A stretch of DNA of 56,567 nt from Candidatus Omnitrophota bacterium (GCA_023247055.1 JAHFHF010000013.1:1-56567), one strand, 5' to 3'; numbered from the stretch's first letter, positions 1 to 9,329 are shown. A program made the numbers and translations. Notes: generated from the sequence alone by a model not told the origin.

Positions 1-530
1 TGGCCGTCGAGACTGCGCGTGCCTTCCGGAAAAAAAAGCACGCTGACATTGCGCTTGAGCCAGCTGCGGGCCTCCAACAGCACGTTCTTGCCGCTTTCAT
101 GCGACGAACGGTCCAGGGCCATATACCCGGTGCAGGCCATGTGCCAGCCCAGAAAAGGAATGCGATAGAGTTCTTTTTTAGCCACAAACTTAAAATGCAG
201 CGGCAGTCCGCTCAGCACCGCCGCAATATCCGCGATGCTCTGATGGTTGGCCACAATCACATAGGCTTTGCCGTGCTGCACGTTCTCGCGGCCGCTGACC
301 TGCAGGCTCCAGGCCGGGTTGCAGATCACCATGCCTTTGGCCCACAACGAGGCAATCCGATGCATGGCGGAGAGGGTCCTGTCAAAAATAAAACTGAGCG
401 GACGCACGATTAAAACGCCGAGCGTGCTATAAAAAACCGTCAGGATTAGCACGATCAACCAAAGCACGACGGAGAGGCCGTCGCCGCGCAGAATCAGGGG
501 CTTATCCGTTATTGAAGCGATTTGTGACAT
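1..530 (-). CDS. plsC: 1-acyl-sn-glycerol-3-phosphate acyltransferase, partial (C-terminus lies beyond the window start)
   Basis: Missing from the ORF track because it is open at the window edge. Reverse-complement translation from ATG (530-528) gives MSQIASITDKPLILRGDGLSVVLWLIVLILTVF...YVIVANHQSIADIAAV...VLFFPEGTRSLDG. That shows a TM helix plus the HX4D (NHQSIAD) and FPEGTR acyltransferase motifs. Confidence 0.8.
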   Translation of the reverse strand, partial: MSQIASITDKPLILRGDGLSVVLWLIVLILTVFYSTLGVLIVRPLSFIFDRTLSAMHRIASLWAKGMVICNPAWSLQVSGRENVQHGKAYVIVANHQSIADIAAVLSGLPLHFKFVAKKELYRIPFLGWHMACTGYMALDRSSHESGKNVLLEARSWLKRNVSVLFFPEGTRSLDG

Positions 531-560
531 AGCCTTGAATTGTAACAAACGAATTTATGA

Positions 561-735
561 GTTGAAAGAAGGAAAAGGGGAGAAAAGGTGGAAGGTAGAA
601 GGTCGAAGGTGGAAGGAGGTGATAAAAATAAAAGGTGAAAAGAATAAAAATGGCATACCAGCCCTTTTTTCACGATCGTTTTTTTCTTTCCTTCCACCTT
701 CTACCTTCCACCTTCGACCTTATTCTTCCCCCTTC
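561..735. repeat. Imperfect palindrome built from heptad repeats: arm (GGTNGAA)x4 at 587-616 and arm (TTCNACC)x4 at 690-719
   Basis: Read directly: ggtggaaggtagaaggtcgaaggtggaagg versus ccttccaccttctaccttccaccttcgacc. The arms are 27/30 complementary, with mismatches only at the variable heptad position. The 73-nt A-rich spacer has further inner complementarity (gtgaaaag / cttttttcac). The element lies in the divergent plsC / DUF59 intergenic region. Confidence 0.85.
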
Positions 736-741
736 TATCTG

Positions 742-757
742 TGCTATAATCGGGGCA
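742..757 (+). promoter_or_regulatory. Extended -10 promoter (TGcTATAAT) ending 7 nt before the ATG; probable leaderless mRNA
   Basis: tgctataat at 742-750 and ATG at 757-759. There is no room for a properly spaced Shine-Dalgarno sequence. Confidence 0.45.
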
Positions 758-1080
758 TGCTGACCAAAGACGAAGCCATTGAGATTGCCAAGCAGGTTTT
801 TGACCCGGAAATTCCCGTCAATATTTGGGACCTCGGACTTATTTATGACATCACGCTGAATCCCGAGGATGAATCCCTCGACGTGCGCATGACGTTGACG
901 TCGCAACACTGTCCCGCGGCCCAATCCCTGCCCCAATCGCTACGAACGCACCTGCTGGCCAGCGGTAAAGTCAAAGAAGTGGACGTCGAAGTTGTTTTTG
1001 AACCCCTTTGGACGCCGGAACGCATCAGCGAAGAAGGCCGCAAAAAAATGGGCATTGGACAATCCGGCCCTGCGATCTGA
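757..1080 (+). CDS. DUF59/MIP18-family Fe-S cluster assembly protein (SufT/PaaD-like)
   Basis: ORF 535-1080 trimmed to the internal Met: MLTKDEAIEIAKQVFDPEIPVNIWDLGLIYDI...MTLTSQHCPAA. This is a typical DUF59 N-terminus with the conserved Cys. The upstream part of the ORF only translates the heptad repeat. Confidence 0.75.
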   Translation: MLTKDEAIEIAKQVFDPEIPVNIWDLGLIYDITLNPEDESLDVRMTLTSQHCPAAQSLPQSLRTHLLASGKVKEVDVEVVFEPLWTPERISEEGRKKMGIGQSGPAI

Positions 1081-1086
1081 AATTGC

Positions 1087-1770
1087 ATGACCGTCCTCTC
1101 TTCCCGCGAACTTTATGAGCAGGCCCTGATCGACCATCGCCAAGGCACCTTCGAGGCGGCTCGTGACAAACTCACGCAAGCTATTGAACTCTCGCCGTCC
1201 TTTCAGGATGCTTATGAAGCCCTTGCCGTTCTGCTTTTTAATTTAAAACAATACGACGACGCCATTGCCGTCATCCGCCGCTGGATTAAACTCAACCCCA
1301 ACGCCATTATGGCGCAGACCAATCTTTCGCGCTGTTACGTGGCCAAAGGCATGATTTTAGAAGCGGAAAATGCACAGGCTGAAGCGCGGCGGCTGGGTTG
1401 GAAAGCGGAACTGGAAGGCAAGAAAAAGGAAATGCCGGCCGCAGACTTTGAAGACCGCATCGCGCGTTATAAAAAAGTGATCGCCTACGATCCGGCGGAT
1501 GTGCTGGGCTATTTCAGTTTAGGCAGTGTTTATCTGGAAGCCGGGCGCTTTCGCGATGCCGCGGACGCATTTGAAAAAGGTGCTGCCGTTGATCCAGTTC
1601 ACTCCGCATCTTATCTGAATTGGGGCTTAGCGGTTCAAGGGTTAGGCGATAAGGTCAAAGCCGCAAAGATATGGCGGCAAGGGATTGAAGCCGCCAAAGC
1701 CCGGGGCGATATGCTCACCGAGAAAAAAATGTCGTCGCATCTGCGGGCACTTGAAAACAAACCAGCTTAG
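1087..1770 (+). CDS. Tetratricopeptide (TPR) repeat protein
   Basis: Repeated A/Y/L-patterned 34-aa units (AYEALAVLLFNLKQYDDAIAVIRRWIKLNPN; GYFSLGSVYLEAGRFRDAADAFEKGAAVDP). Confidence 0.7.
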   Translation: MTVLSSRELYEQALIDHRQGTFEAARDKLTQAIELSPSFQDAYEALAVLLFNLKQYDDAIAVIRRWIKLNPNAIMAQTNLSRCYVAKGMILEAENAQAEARRLGWKAELEGKKKEMPAADFEDRIARYKKVIAYDPADVLGYFSLGSVYLEAGRFRDAADAFEKGAAVDPVHSASYLNWGLAVQGLGDKVKAAKIWRQGIEAAKARGDMLTEKKMSSHLRALENKPA

Positions 1771-4700
1771 GCTGAGGCGGAGAAGGCCTGCAAAACCGCC
1801 AGCATGCTGACCACAAGCCCTAAAGCAGCTTGTTCATTGAGATGATACGTTCTTTCATCATCACGTGAGAGAAGATCGAGCAGCTTCTGATCGACTTCGG
1901 CCGGATCAATTCTTGAAAGCGCCGCCGCCAGCCAGGCGCCAAGCATGAGCACTTCCGCATAAAAGGCAATGCCTTTGTCCTTGGGAATCCGCGCATCTCC
2001 GGCTTGCAAAGTCTCTTGATGGATCATTCGTGCGTAAAAATCTTTCCAGGCGTCCGGTGTTGCACCACGGCCTTGTTCAGTGTAAAGAGCCCCGTGCTGC
2101 TCAACGTGATTATAGATCGAGCCTCGCTTTAAGTCCCCAACGCGCTGCATCAGCGTAATCATCAGGCGGAACACCTCGGAAGCATCCAGCCGTTCAGGAG
2201 CCAGAATATTGAAACGAATTCCGAGATTCGATTGTTCTATGGATTGAAATTCCGACTGGATGACTGCGACCCTTTGTTCATTCATACCCTCAGGCAAAAT
2301 CAGCGTGACATACTGTTTGGTATTTTCTTCCAAGAGCAGCTTAAGACGCGCAGACATGGCCTGAAGCTGTTTTTGCTGTTCCGCCGGATTCTCAGGCAGC
2401 GAGTTCAGGCGGAGGATAAGAGCGCCGGGCTCAACGCTTTTCTTCAGAATAAATTTCAAGAGAACACGGTGGGATTCAGGAATCGTCCCTTGATCAGCGA
2501 GTTTATCGACGATTCCCTCCAGCGTGACGGAGGGAGTATCCGAGGCTGTTAATTCCTGAATAAACCCCGCAAAGGACTCGGAATTCACACTGCCGGAAAG
2601 AGCCGTAACAACATCCTCGGCTGGGCGGCCTTTTTCAAGACGCGCGTCGGCCAGTTGAAGGCGCTTTGTAAAAGATGCATTCATGCCACGAATCGCGTCG
2701 GAAAGATTTCCCGGTGGTGATGCATGAAAAGCAGCACCGGACAGGTCGTCAAAACTTGGTATTTTTTCATCGTCTAAGCGGGAACCCGCGCGGCGGGCTT
2801 GAATCGAATAAGGAAGTTGACCGAGGGCGGCGCGCATTGCTCCGGCTTTACTCTGAATCGACGGGCCCATTTTTTCTGAAATCCGTGACGGCTCAGGGAC
2901 ATTGAAGGAGAGCGTCAGGGGCTCCTTTCTTCCCCGCGCGTCCTTTTTGTTATGCAGCGTTTCAAGAAACCCCGGCTCAACGGGATCAATGACTAGCGGC
3001 AAACTTCCTTTAAAATTTGGATTGACTAAAAAAATAAGCGGCTTACCGGCGCGATTGGTCAGAGGGCCTAACGTCACCGTGCCGGCCACCGATTGAACCG
3101 CGCGGTACCAGTAACGAGGATTCCCGTCTTCGGACGGCAGGCGTTGAAAGCCGGCACCTTCCCGGTTGAACTCGGTATGTTGATTATAAAAATCAATCAA
3201 CTCTGCAATTGCGTCTGTATCTTTAACCGCAATCCGGGGGCTGTGCGCAATCGCTTCTAAGCCGGATGCAAAAATATCCAGACGCAGCTTTACAGCCTCT
3301 CCCGGATCCGCACCCTGCTGAACTTGTTCCACAATGGACTGCAAGGCGTTGACCATTTCCAATTGAGCAAGATCAAAACGCGTGGGATGGAGTTCCATCA
3401 TCGATTGAATATAATCGGTTTTATCAAACTCCCCGCCGATCCGCGGCGTTAAGATGCCATAATTGATCTGCTTGCTGCGAAAAATCTCCGAAAGACCGTC
3501 CGTGTGAAACCCCCCGGTCACAAGAATAGCCCGGTCCGTTTTTTCAGACGTCATTTCTCTCTCAATGACATCGTAAAAGGCAAACTCACGCTGGCGCGCA
3601 AAATCATAAAATTGAAAAGCCGCATCAAAAACGGCCGGGACTTCCTTGAGCACTTCGAGCTGCTCGGTGACAAAACCGTTCAAACTCATTTTTTCAAGAC
3701 GTTCGACCAGCGATTTCGGTTTGATCCAATTCTTGCGGTAAGTCGCTTGATCCCATTCGCTGCGTGTCAACTCGAGAGACAGCAGTTTCTTAAGGAGCTC
3801 AAGGTCTTTATAGAGTTCCAGCAGGTTTTTTTCCTTTTCAGAAACGGTCAGACTGTCCAGAATGCGCGCAAAAAGCTTTTCGATCTCCTGAAAAAGGTCT
3901 TTAGAGTCAAGTTCGCTTTGTAAAATGAGATAGCCGGCATAAAGACTGAAATTCGGGTATTGATGAAATTGGAAGCCCATCGGCGCCGCTTCCCCAGCCA
4001 AACGTTCCAGCAGTTTACGCGGTTCAAACGGGTCTTCGCCTTTACCGTTGGCGAGACGCTGCAAATTGATCGTTTTCCCCTCAATCCCTTTGATTCCTTG
4101 AAGCAGGGTTTCACTGGCATGATTCTTTTGCAAAAATTCCAGAAGCTGATCGCGCTCCCTCAGAGCCTCATCATGTTTAAGATCTGCTTCCATGGACTGC
4201 AGCACAAGCAGGCGCGCGGTCTGCGGCCACTCGACTTGAGCAAACAGCGAGTTCAGGTCCAGATTCAGAAATTTCTGCGATTCCACGGCCAAATTTTTGA
4301 CAAAGGACAGGAATTCGCGTCGGCCCTGATGAAACTTCTGCCATTCGGAAAGAATGCGCCGCATGTCACGGGTCAAAAAGCGCGATGACAAAAGTTCCAG
4401 GCGCGAATCCAGCAGTTTCAAAAAAGAGTCCGTTTGGTTTTTGGCGCCATAGACCTGCCGGAAGGCGTCATAATTACCGCGATAAAGGTCCGTCTGTTCA
4501 ATACCCAAAGCACGGACATCCTCAGGCGCTTCCATCAGATAAAGTTCGGGCCCCGTCAACTGTCCTTTGCGGGCCATGTTATCTGCAAGTTCAAGATTGT
4601 CTTTTTTATCCGGAAAAAAGCTCAGGTATTTCGCATCCAGTTTTTCAGCGGCGCCTTCGACAAAAATCGTTTTAAATCCGTACTGTTTGTAAAAATAATC

Positions 4701-4958
4701 CAGCATTTTCTTAACCTGAACTTGGGCCTGATAGTTTCCATGAATATTTTGAATATGCAGGATGACTTTGGGGCTCAAGGCGGCCGGAGCTTCGTAGACC
4801 TCATCCACCGAAGCCAGGTCTTCAGGAATCTCGATTTGAAAAAAAGCAGGTGTCTCAGCGGCCGGACGGATATCGATTGCAGGTATGGGCGCAGCCCATA
4901 CGATCTGAGTGCCAATCAGCATCAAGCTGATATTTTGTTTGACGATGCGTCTTATCAT
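1767..4958 (-). CDS. Large (1063 aa) secreted protein of unknown function; N-terminal part may be a Tiki/TraB/ChaN-superfamily domain
   Basis: N-terminal signal-like segment (MIRRIVKQNISLMLIGTQIVWAAP). Possible GxxH / E / GxxH pattern: ILHIQNIHGN, IFVEGAAE, ILVTGGFHTDGL. Nothing else in the protein is recognisable. Confidence 0.6.
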   Translation of the reverse strand: MIRRIVKQNISLMLIGTQIVWAAPIPAIDIRPAAETPAFFQIEIPEDLASVDEVYEAPAALSPKVILHIQNIHGNYQAQVQVKKMLDYFYKQYGFKTIFVEGAAEKLDAKYLSFFPDKKDNLELADNMARKGQLTGPELYLMEAPEDVRALGIEQTDLYRGNYDAFRQVYGAKNQTDSFLKLLDSRLELLSSRFLTRDMRRILSEWQKFHQGRREFLSFVKNLAVESQKFLNLDLNSLFAQVEWPQTARLLVLQSMEADLKHDEALRERDQLLEFLQKNHASETLLQGIKGIEGKTINLQRLANGKGEDPFEPRKLLERLAGEAAPMGFQFHQYPNFSLYAGYLILQSELDSKDLFQEIEKLFARILDSLTVSEKEKNLLELYKDLELLKKLLSLELTRSEWDQATYRKNWIKPKSLVERLEKMSLNGFVTEQLEVLKEVPAVFDAAFQFYDFARQREFAFYDVIEREMTSEKTDRAILVTGGFHTDGLSEIFRSKQINYGILTPRIGGEFDKTDYIQSMMELHPTRFDLAQLEMVNALQSIVEQVQQGADPGEAVKLRLDIFASGLEAIAHSPRIAVKDTDAIAELIDFYNQHTEFNREGAGFQRLPSEDGNPRYWYRAVQSVAGTVTLGPLTNRAGKPLIFLVNPNFKGSLPLVIDPVEPGFLETLHNKKDARGRKEPLTLSFNVPEPSRISEKMGPSIQSKAGAMRAALGQLPYSIQARRAGSRLDDEKIPSFDDLSGAAFHASPPGNLSDAIRGMNASFTKRLQLADARLEKGRPAEDVVTALSGSVNSESFAGFIQELTASDTPSVTLEGIVDKLADQGTIPESHRVLLKFILKKSVEPGALILRLNSLPENPAEQQKQLQAMSARLKLLLEENTKQYVTLILPEGMNEQRVAVIQSEFQSIEQSNLGIRFNILAPERLDASEVFRLMITLMQRVGDLKRGSIYNHVEQHGALYTEQGRGATPDAWKDFYARMIHQETLQAGDARIPKDKGIAFYAEVLMLGAWLAAALSRIDPAEVDQKLLDLLSRDDERTYHLNEQAALGLVVSMLAVLQAFSASA

Positions 4959-5119
4959 AACGTGTTAAAGTTTTTAAAATAGTTTTATAAATAGTAACGC
5001 TTGTGCTAAGTATAACCGGTAGTTTGAGATAAGACAAATTAGACACGGAAGAACTTAGCAGGTGAAATTTTAAAGTTGCAGTTGCTAGCTTATGCTATAT
5101 CTAGCCTATACGCGGGAAC

Positions 5120-6499
5120 TTAGCAGGCATTGGGGATTGCCCGAAAATACGCGGTAATGTCGGCGGGACACACATAAACTTTCGCAGCATACCAATCGAG
5201 GAACTGCTCAGCGGGTGACTTTCCGGGCTGGATGATCTCCTGCCGGATGCGGTTGAGGAAAACACATTCGCTGCGATTTTCTGCGGCCGTAGTTTGACGC
5301 GAAAGACTGCTGCAGGATAGTTCTACAAGATCGGCGGCAATTTCGAGAATGGGGCGGTTCCCCAATTTTGCTTTGAGGCCAAGACGCGGTACATCGCGGT
5401 GAAGCTGCAGGCGCTCTTCCATCGTCGCGGATTTCACAAGTTTCCAGGCTTCGCGCTTTGCATCTTTTTGGTAAAACAGACCCTTCCAAAAAGCCGCCAC
5501 GGCGGGAATAAGCGCCGGACTTTGGCCGTCCACGCCGCGCACTTCCAAGTATTGTTTCAGACGCGCTTCGGGAAATGCTGCGCTGAGATGCAATTCAAAA
5601 TCTTCCAAAGCGGCCTGAAAACCCTCATACCCTGTCCGGATAAATTGCCGGAATGAGCGGTCATGGACCGGCAGCCAGCGGCCATCGCGCACGATAAACA
5701 GCATGGGCATATCCAGCACATAGTCGAGATAGTCCTGAAACGTACAGCCGGGACGCATAAATTGCGTCAGCAGCCCGGAACGGTCAGGGTCGGTATGGTT
5801 CCATATTTCGAGACGGTACGTGGCAAAACCATTGGGCCGGCCGCCTGAAAAAGCTGAGTTGGCAAACAGTGCGGTCACAATCGACGTAATCCCGAAAGCC
5901 ACGCGCAGGCTTTCCATAGCATCGGCTTCATCCAGATAATCGAAATTGACTTGGTTGGTGGCCGTCAATTTCATCATGGCATGCGAAAGCGTGCCCCGGC
6001 TTTTAAAATGGGCTTCCATAATGCCGTAACGTTTTTTGGGCACGCGCTCCATGGCTTCCGGACGGCTGTAAGGTTGAATACCGCAGGCCAGCCACTCAAT
6101 CCCATCAAACTCACGCCGCATCTGCGCCAGTTCGCTCAGAAAGCGCTGAACCTGTTCTTCAACCTGAAAAACGTTGTCCGCCGGCGGCGCGCTCAATTCA
6201 ATCTGGCCCCCCGGTTCAAGCGTGACCATGGCATCGGTGCGCTTCAGAGCAATAATCCGGCCGGCCTCTAAAAGGGGTTCGTAACCAAAGCGCTGAGCCA
6301 TGGTTTTCAGGATGGCTTCAATGCCTGAAGGGCCTGAATACGGCAGGGCTTGTCCGGTCATTTTGTTGACGCCCAAAAGCTCGGCTTCCATGCCGACAAA
6401 AATACACGTACGGCATTTGGCATGCTTGGAGAAATAATCTTTCAGCATGTCTTCGGAATCCAAAATCGTCTTCTGCGGATGGTCGATAAAAGTACTCAA
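5120..6499 (-). CDS. gshA: Glutamate--cysteine ligase, plant/proteobacterial GCS2-type
   Basis: 459 aa. Contains VGMEAELLGV, LEPGGQIELS, MMKLTATNQVNFDY and RLEIWNHTDPDRSG blocks typical of plant-type gamma-glutamylcysteine synthetase. Divergent from gshB. Confidence 0.75.
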   Translation of the reverse strand: MSTFIDHPQKTILDSEDMLKDYFSKHAKCRTCIFVGMEAELLGVNKMTGQALPYSGPSGIEAILKTMAQRFGYEPLLEAGRIIALKRTDAMVTLEPGGQIELSAPPADNVFQVEEQVQRFLSELAQMRREFDGIEWLACGIQPYSRPEAMERVPKKRYGIMEAHFKSRGTLSHAMMKLTATNQVNFDYLDEADAMESLRVAFGITSIVTALFANSAFSGGRPNGFATYRLEIWNHTDPDRSGLLTQFMRPGCTFQDYLDYVLDMPMLFIVRDGRWLPVHDRSFRQFIRTGYEGFQAALEDFELHLSAAFPEARLKQYLEVRGVDGQSPALIPAVAAFWKGLFYQKDAKREAWKLVKSATMEERLQLHRDVPRLGLKAKLGNRPILEIAADLVELSCSSLSRQTTAAENRSECVFLNRIRQEIIQPGKSPAEQFLDWYAAKVYVCPADITAYFRAIPNAC

Positions 6500-6539
6500 A
6501 AAAGGCTCCCTTCAGGATGGCTTTTCAGTAGAATAGCCC

Positions 6540-7505
6540 ATGCCGAAATCCAAGTCTTTAAAAAAAATTCTCTTCATCATGGACCCCCTCAGCAAGCTGG
6601 ATGTCCGCTGGGACAATTCGCTCGCTTTGGCACGGGAATTTGGCCGGCGCCGCGCTTCATGCTGGACCGCCGATGTTCCGGAAGTACGGCTGGAGCATGG
6701 CCGCGTCTGGACCACAGCCTGCCGCCTGAAAGCCGGCCGTGCCGGAAAATTCGCAACCGGCCCCTCCCAGCATTGGCGTCTGGATATTTTTGACCTGGTC
6801 TTGATCCGCAAAGAACCGCCTTTTGACTTCGGCTACTACGCTCTCACTTTAATTCTGGAGCACGCAGCGGTTCCGATCGCCAATCATCCGCGCGGCATCC
6901 GGAACGCCAATGAAAAAATGTGGGCGCTGCGCTACCGCGGACTGATGCCTGAAACGCTGATCAGTTCTTCCGCAGATACCATTCTGCGTTTCGGCCGGCG
7001 TTTCAAAAAAGGGTTCATCGTCAAACCGCTGAATGAAAAAGGCGGCCGAGGCATTTTTAAAGTTGAACGCATAACGCCGCTGGCCCGCCGCCTGATTAAA
7101 AATGCGACCCGCGGCGGTCTCGAAGCCGTGGTCTGCCAGCGCTATTTGACCCGTTCACACGGCATGGATAAACGCATTGTCCTGCTGAACGGCAAAGTTT
7201 TGTGCGCCTTTGAAAAGCATCCTTCTAAGAAAGATTTTCGCGCCAACTTGGGCCTGGGCGCTACGGCCCATCCGACGACGCTGACCGCGTCCGAACTTAA
7301 ACTCGTGCGGACCTTGGCTGTCCCTTTAAAACGCAGCGGACTTTATTTGGCAGGCTTGGATGTCATGACGGGTAAACTCCTGGAGGTCAATGTCACGTCC
7401 CCGGCCGGCATGACGGATGCAGAAAAACTTTATCCCGGAAAAAAATTTATTGCGGCTTGGGCGGATTGGCTGGAACTTTTCGCGGCCCGGGCGCGAGCCC
7501 GTTAA
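6540..7505 (+). CDS. gshB: Glutathione synthetase (ATP-grasp)
   Basis: ILFIMDPLSKLDVRWDNS N-terminus, RKEPPFD, NHPRGIRNANEK and VKPLNEKGGRGIF are characteristic of prokaryotic GshB. Confidence 0.75.
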   Translation: MPKSKSLKKILFIMDPLSKLDVRWDNSLALAREFGRRRASCWTADVPEVRLEHGRVWTTACRLKAGRAGKFATGPSQHWRLDIFDLVLIRKEPPFDFGYYALTLILEHAAVPIANHPRGIRNANEKMWALRYRGLMPETLISSSADTILRFGRRFKKGFIVKPLNEKGGRGIFKVERITPLARRLIKNATRGGLEAVVCQRYLTRSHGMDKRIVLLNGKVLCAFEKHPSKKDFRANLGLGATAHPTTLTASELKLVRTLAVPLKRSGLYLAGLDVMTGKLLEVNVTSPAGMTDAEKLYPGKKFIAAWADWLELFAARARAR

Positions 7506-9207
7506 AAAGACTGGCATTCTTGGGAACATAGCCCATGGTATAAAGGGCCGCTTCCACGGCTTCTTTGAATACCGGCGCGGCAACGGTGCCGCCATAATAA
7601 CTGGGCCGCGGATCATCCAACATGACGGCCATCACGATTTTGGGCGCGTCCGAGGGTGCAAAACCAATAAAGGATCCGATGAACGTATCATGCGAATAAC
7701 CGCGGCCTCCGGGTAAAACCTTTTGGGCCGTGCCGGTTTTACCGGCCACGGGAATGCCTTCAATGCGCGCGTTCGTGCCGGTTCCCCGTTCGACGACTTG
7801 GGTCATCATCTCGCGCATCGTCTTGGCCGTTTCCTCGCTGATCACGCGCTCCCTCATAACCGGTTTTTTTTCATAAAGAGTGACACCGGCCTCATCTTCA
7901 ATACGCGCAATGACGTAAGGCGTGACCAGTTCACCGCCATTGGCAATCACATCAAAAGCACCTGCCATTTGTAAAAGCGTGACAAGAGTTTCGTGGCCGA
8001 TGGGAATATTAAAGGGCGAGGTCTTGGACCATTGGGCCGGCGGACGGATAAAACCCGTGGCTTCTCCGGGCAGATCAATGCCGGTTTTGCGGGTAAACCC
8101 GAAGGCTTGGATATAGCGGTAAAAAACATCCTGATCCAGCAAAGCCGCCACTTTGACTGTCCCGATGTTGCTGGATTTAATCAAAATTTCCGGGAATGCC
8201 AAAGTGCCGTAGGGATGGACATCATGCAAAATACGGCCGCCGTAATAGCGGTAGTTGCCGTTTTCGCAAAAAAATTCGTCTTCAAGCGCGGCCTTGCCTT
8301 CTTGCAGCACGCCGCTGAAAGCCACGATCTTAAAAATCGAGCCCGGTTCATACATGTCTGTGACCACACGGTTACGGCGTGAGTCGGCATTGGACTCGCC
8401 CGGCTTGTTGGCGTCATACGTCGGACGGTTAGCCATAGCCAGAATGCGGCCCGTATCCGCTTCCATCATCACCGCCATCGCGCCTTTGGCCCGCCATGTC
8501 TTGTACGCCCGGTCAAGGGCCCGCTCGGTCACATACTGCAGGTACTGGTCGATCGTCAGATAAACACGTTTGCCGTTAATCGCAGGCACGGCCTTCATCT
8601 CAAACGCTTTAACTTCGCGGCCCAGCGCGTCGCGCTTGGTGTAACGCCGTCCGGGCTGGCCCATCAATTCGCGGTCCAGCGCTTTTTCAATACCTTCCAA
8701 GCCGTGGTTGTCCACATTGACAAAGCCCAAAATATGCGACAAAAGATCGCCCTGCGGATAAAACCGTTTATATTCCTCCAGAAGACCCACGGCAGGCTGG
8801 TTAAGATGCCGGATTTTTTCAGCCTCTTCAAAACTCACGCGGCGTTTGATCCAGACAAAAGACTTGTCTTTTTCCAAGCGTTTAAAAATTTCGGCCTCAT
8901 TCGCTCCCAGCGTTTTAGCCAAAACGGCCGCCAGCTTCTTTTTTTCAGAAGCATCGAGGATGCGAGGCACAGCATAAACGGACGGGACCTTCAGGCTCGT
9001 GGCGAGTTCTTTGCCGTCGCGGTCCAGGATCGGTCCGCGTACGGGAGGAATTTCGATTTTGAGGTTGTGTTGTTTTTCAGCCTGGGCCAGCAGGCTGGGA
9101 CGGCGGATCACGCAGAGTTGGAACAATTGATAAGCGACTAGTACAAAGAGAACTCCGACCAAACCATGCAAGACTCGAAAGCGCCAAACCGAAAGCTGGG
9201 AGGCCAT
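7447..9207 (-). CDS. ftsI: Peptidoglycan D,D-transpeptidase FtsI (class B PBP)
   Basis: N-terminal TM anchor, then SxxK (GSIFK), SxN (KSSN) and KTG (AGKTGTA) motifs. Follows ftsL in the dcw cluster. Confidence 0.85.
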   Translation of the reverse strand: MASQLSVWRFRVLHGLVGVLFVLVAYQLFQLCVIRRPSLLAQAEKQHNLKIEIPPVRGPILDRDGKELATSLKVPSVYAVPRILDASEKKKLAAVLAKTLGANEAEIFKRLEKDKSFVWIKRRVSFEEAEKIRHLNQPAVGLLEEYKRFYPQGDLLSHILGFVNVDNHGLEGIEKALDRELMGQPGRRYTKRDALGREVKAFEMKAVPAINGKRVYLTIDQYLQYVTERALDRAYKTWRAKGAMAVMMEADTGRILAMANRPTYDANKPGESNADSRRNRVVTDMYEPGSIFKIVAFSGVLQEGKAALEDEFFCENGNYRYYGGRILHDVHPYGTLAFPEILIKSSNIGTVKVAALLDQDVFYRYIQAFGFTRKTGIDLPGEATGFIRPPAQWSKTSPFNIPIGHETLVTLLQMAGAFDVIANGGELVTPYVIARIEDEAGVTLYEKKPVMRERVISEETAKTMREMMTQVVERGTGTNARIEGIPVAGKTGTAQKVLPGGRGYSHDTFIGSFIGFAPSDAPKIVMAVMLDDPRPSYYGGTVAAPVFKEAVEAALYTMGYVPKNASLFNGLAPGPRKVPANPPKPQ

Positions 9208-9329
9208 TGCTATCCGCGGCTCAAAAAAAATACGGGGGAAAAAGAAATCATGATGGCGGAATTATAACACTGCGGAGAATCAGAAGTCACTCGCCAAGAA
9301 GCCGGCGCACGCGCTTTTTGATTTAAGCA

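Noticed and set aside
99-413. 104-aa + strand ORF at the window start
   Set aside because: It lies antisense to an edge-truncated plsC whose translation shows the HX4D and FPEGTR motifs. The + ORF has no recognisable features, so it is a shadow ORF.
587-719. Possible CRISPR-like or tandem repeat array
   Set aside because: The period is 7 nt with no spacers. The two blocks are inverted relative to each other and no cas genes are present, so it is not a CRISPR array.
535-756. N-terminal 74 aa of ORF 535-1080
   Set aside because: This part only translates the heptad-repeat palindrome (KEGKGEKRWKVEGRRWKE...). The DUF59 homology starts at Met 757, which has its own extended -10 promoter.
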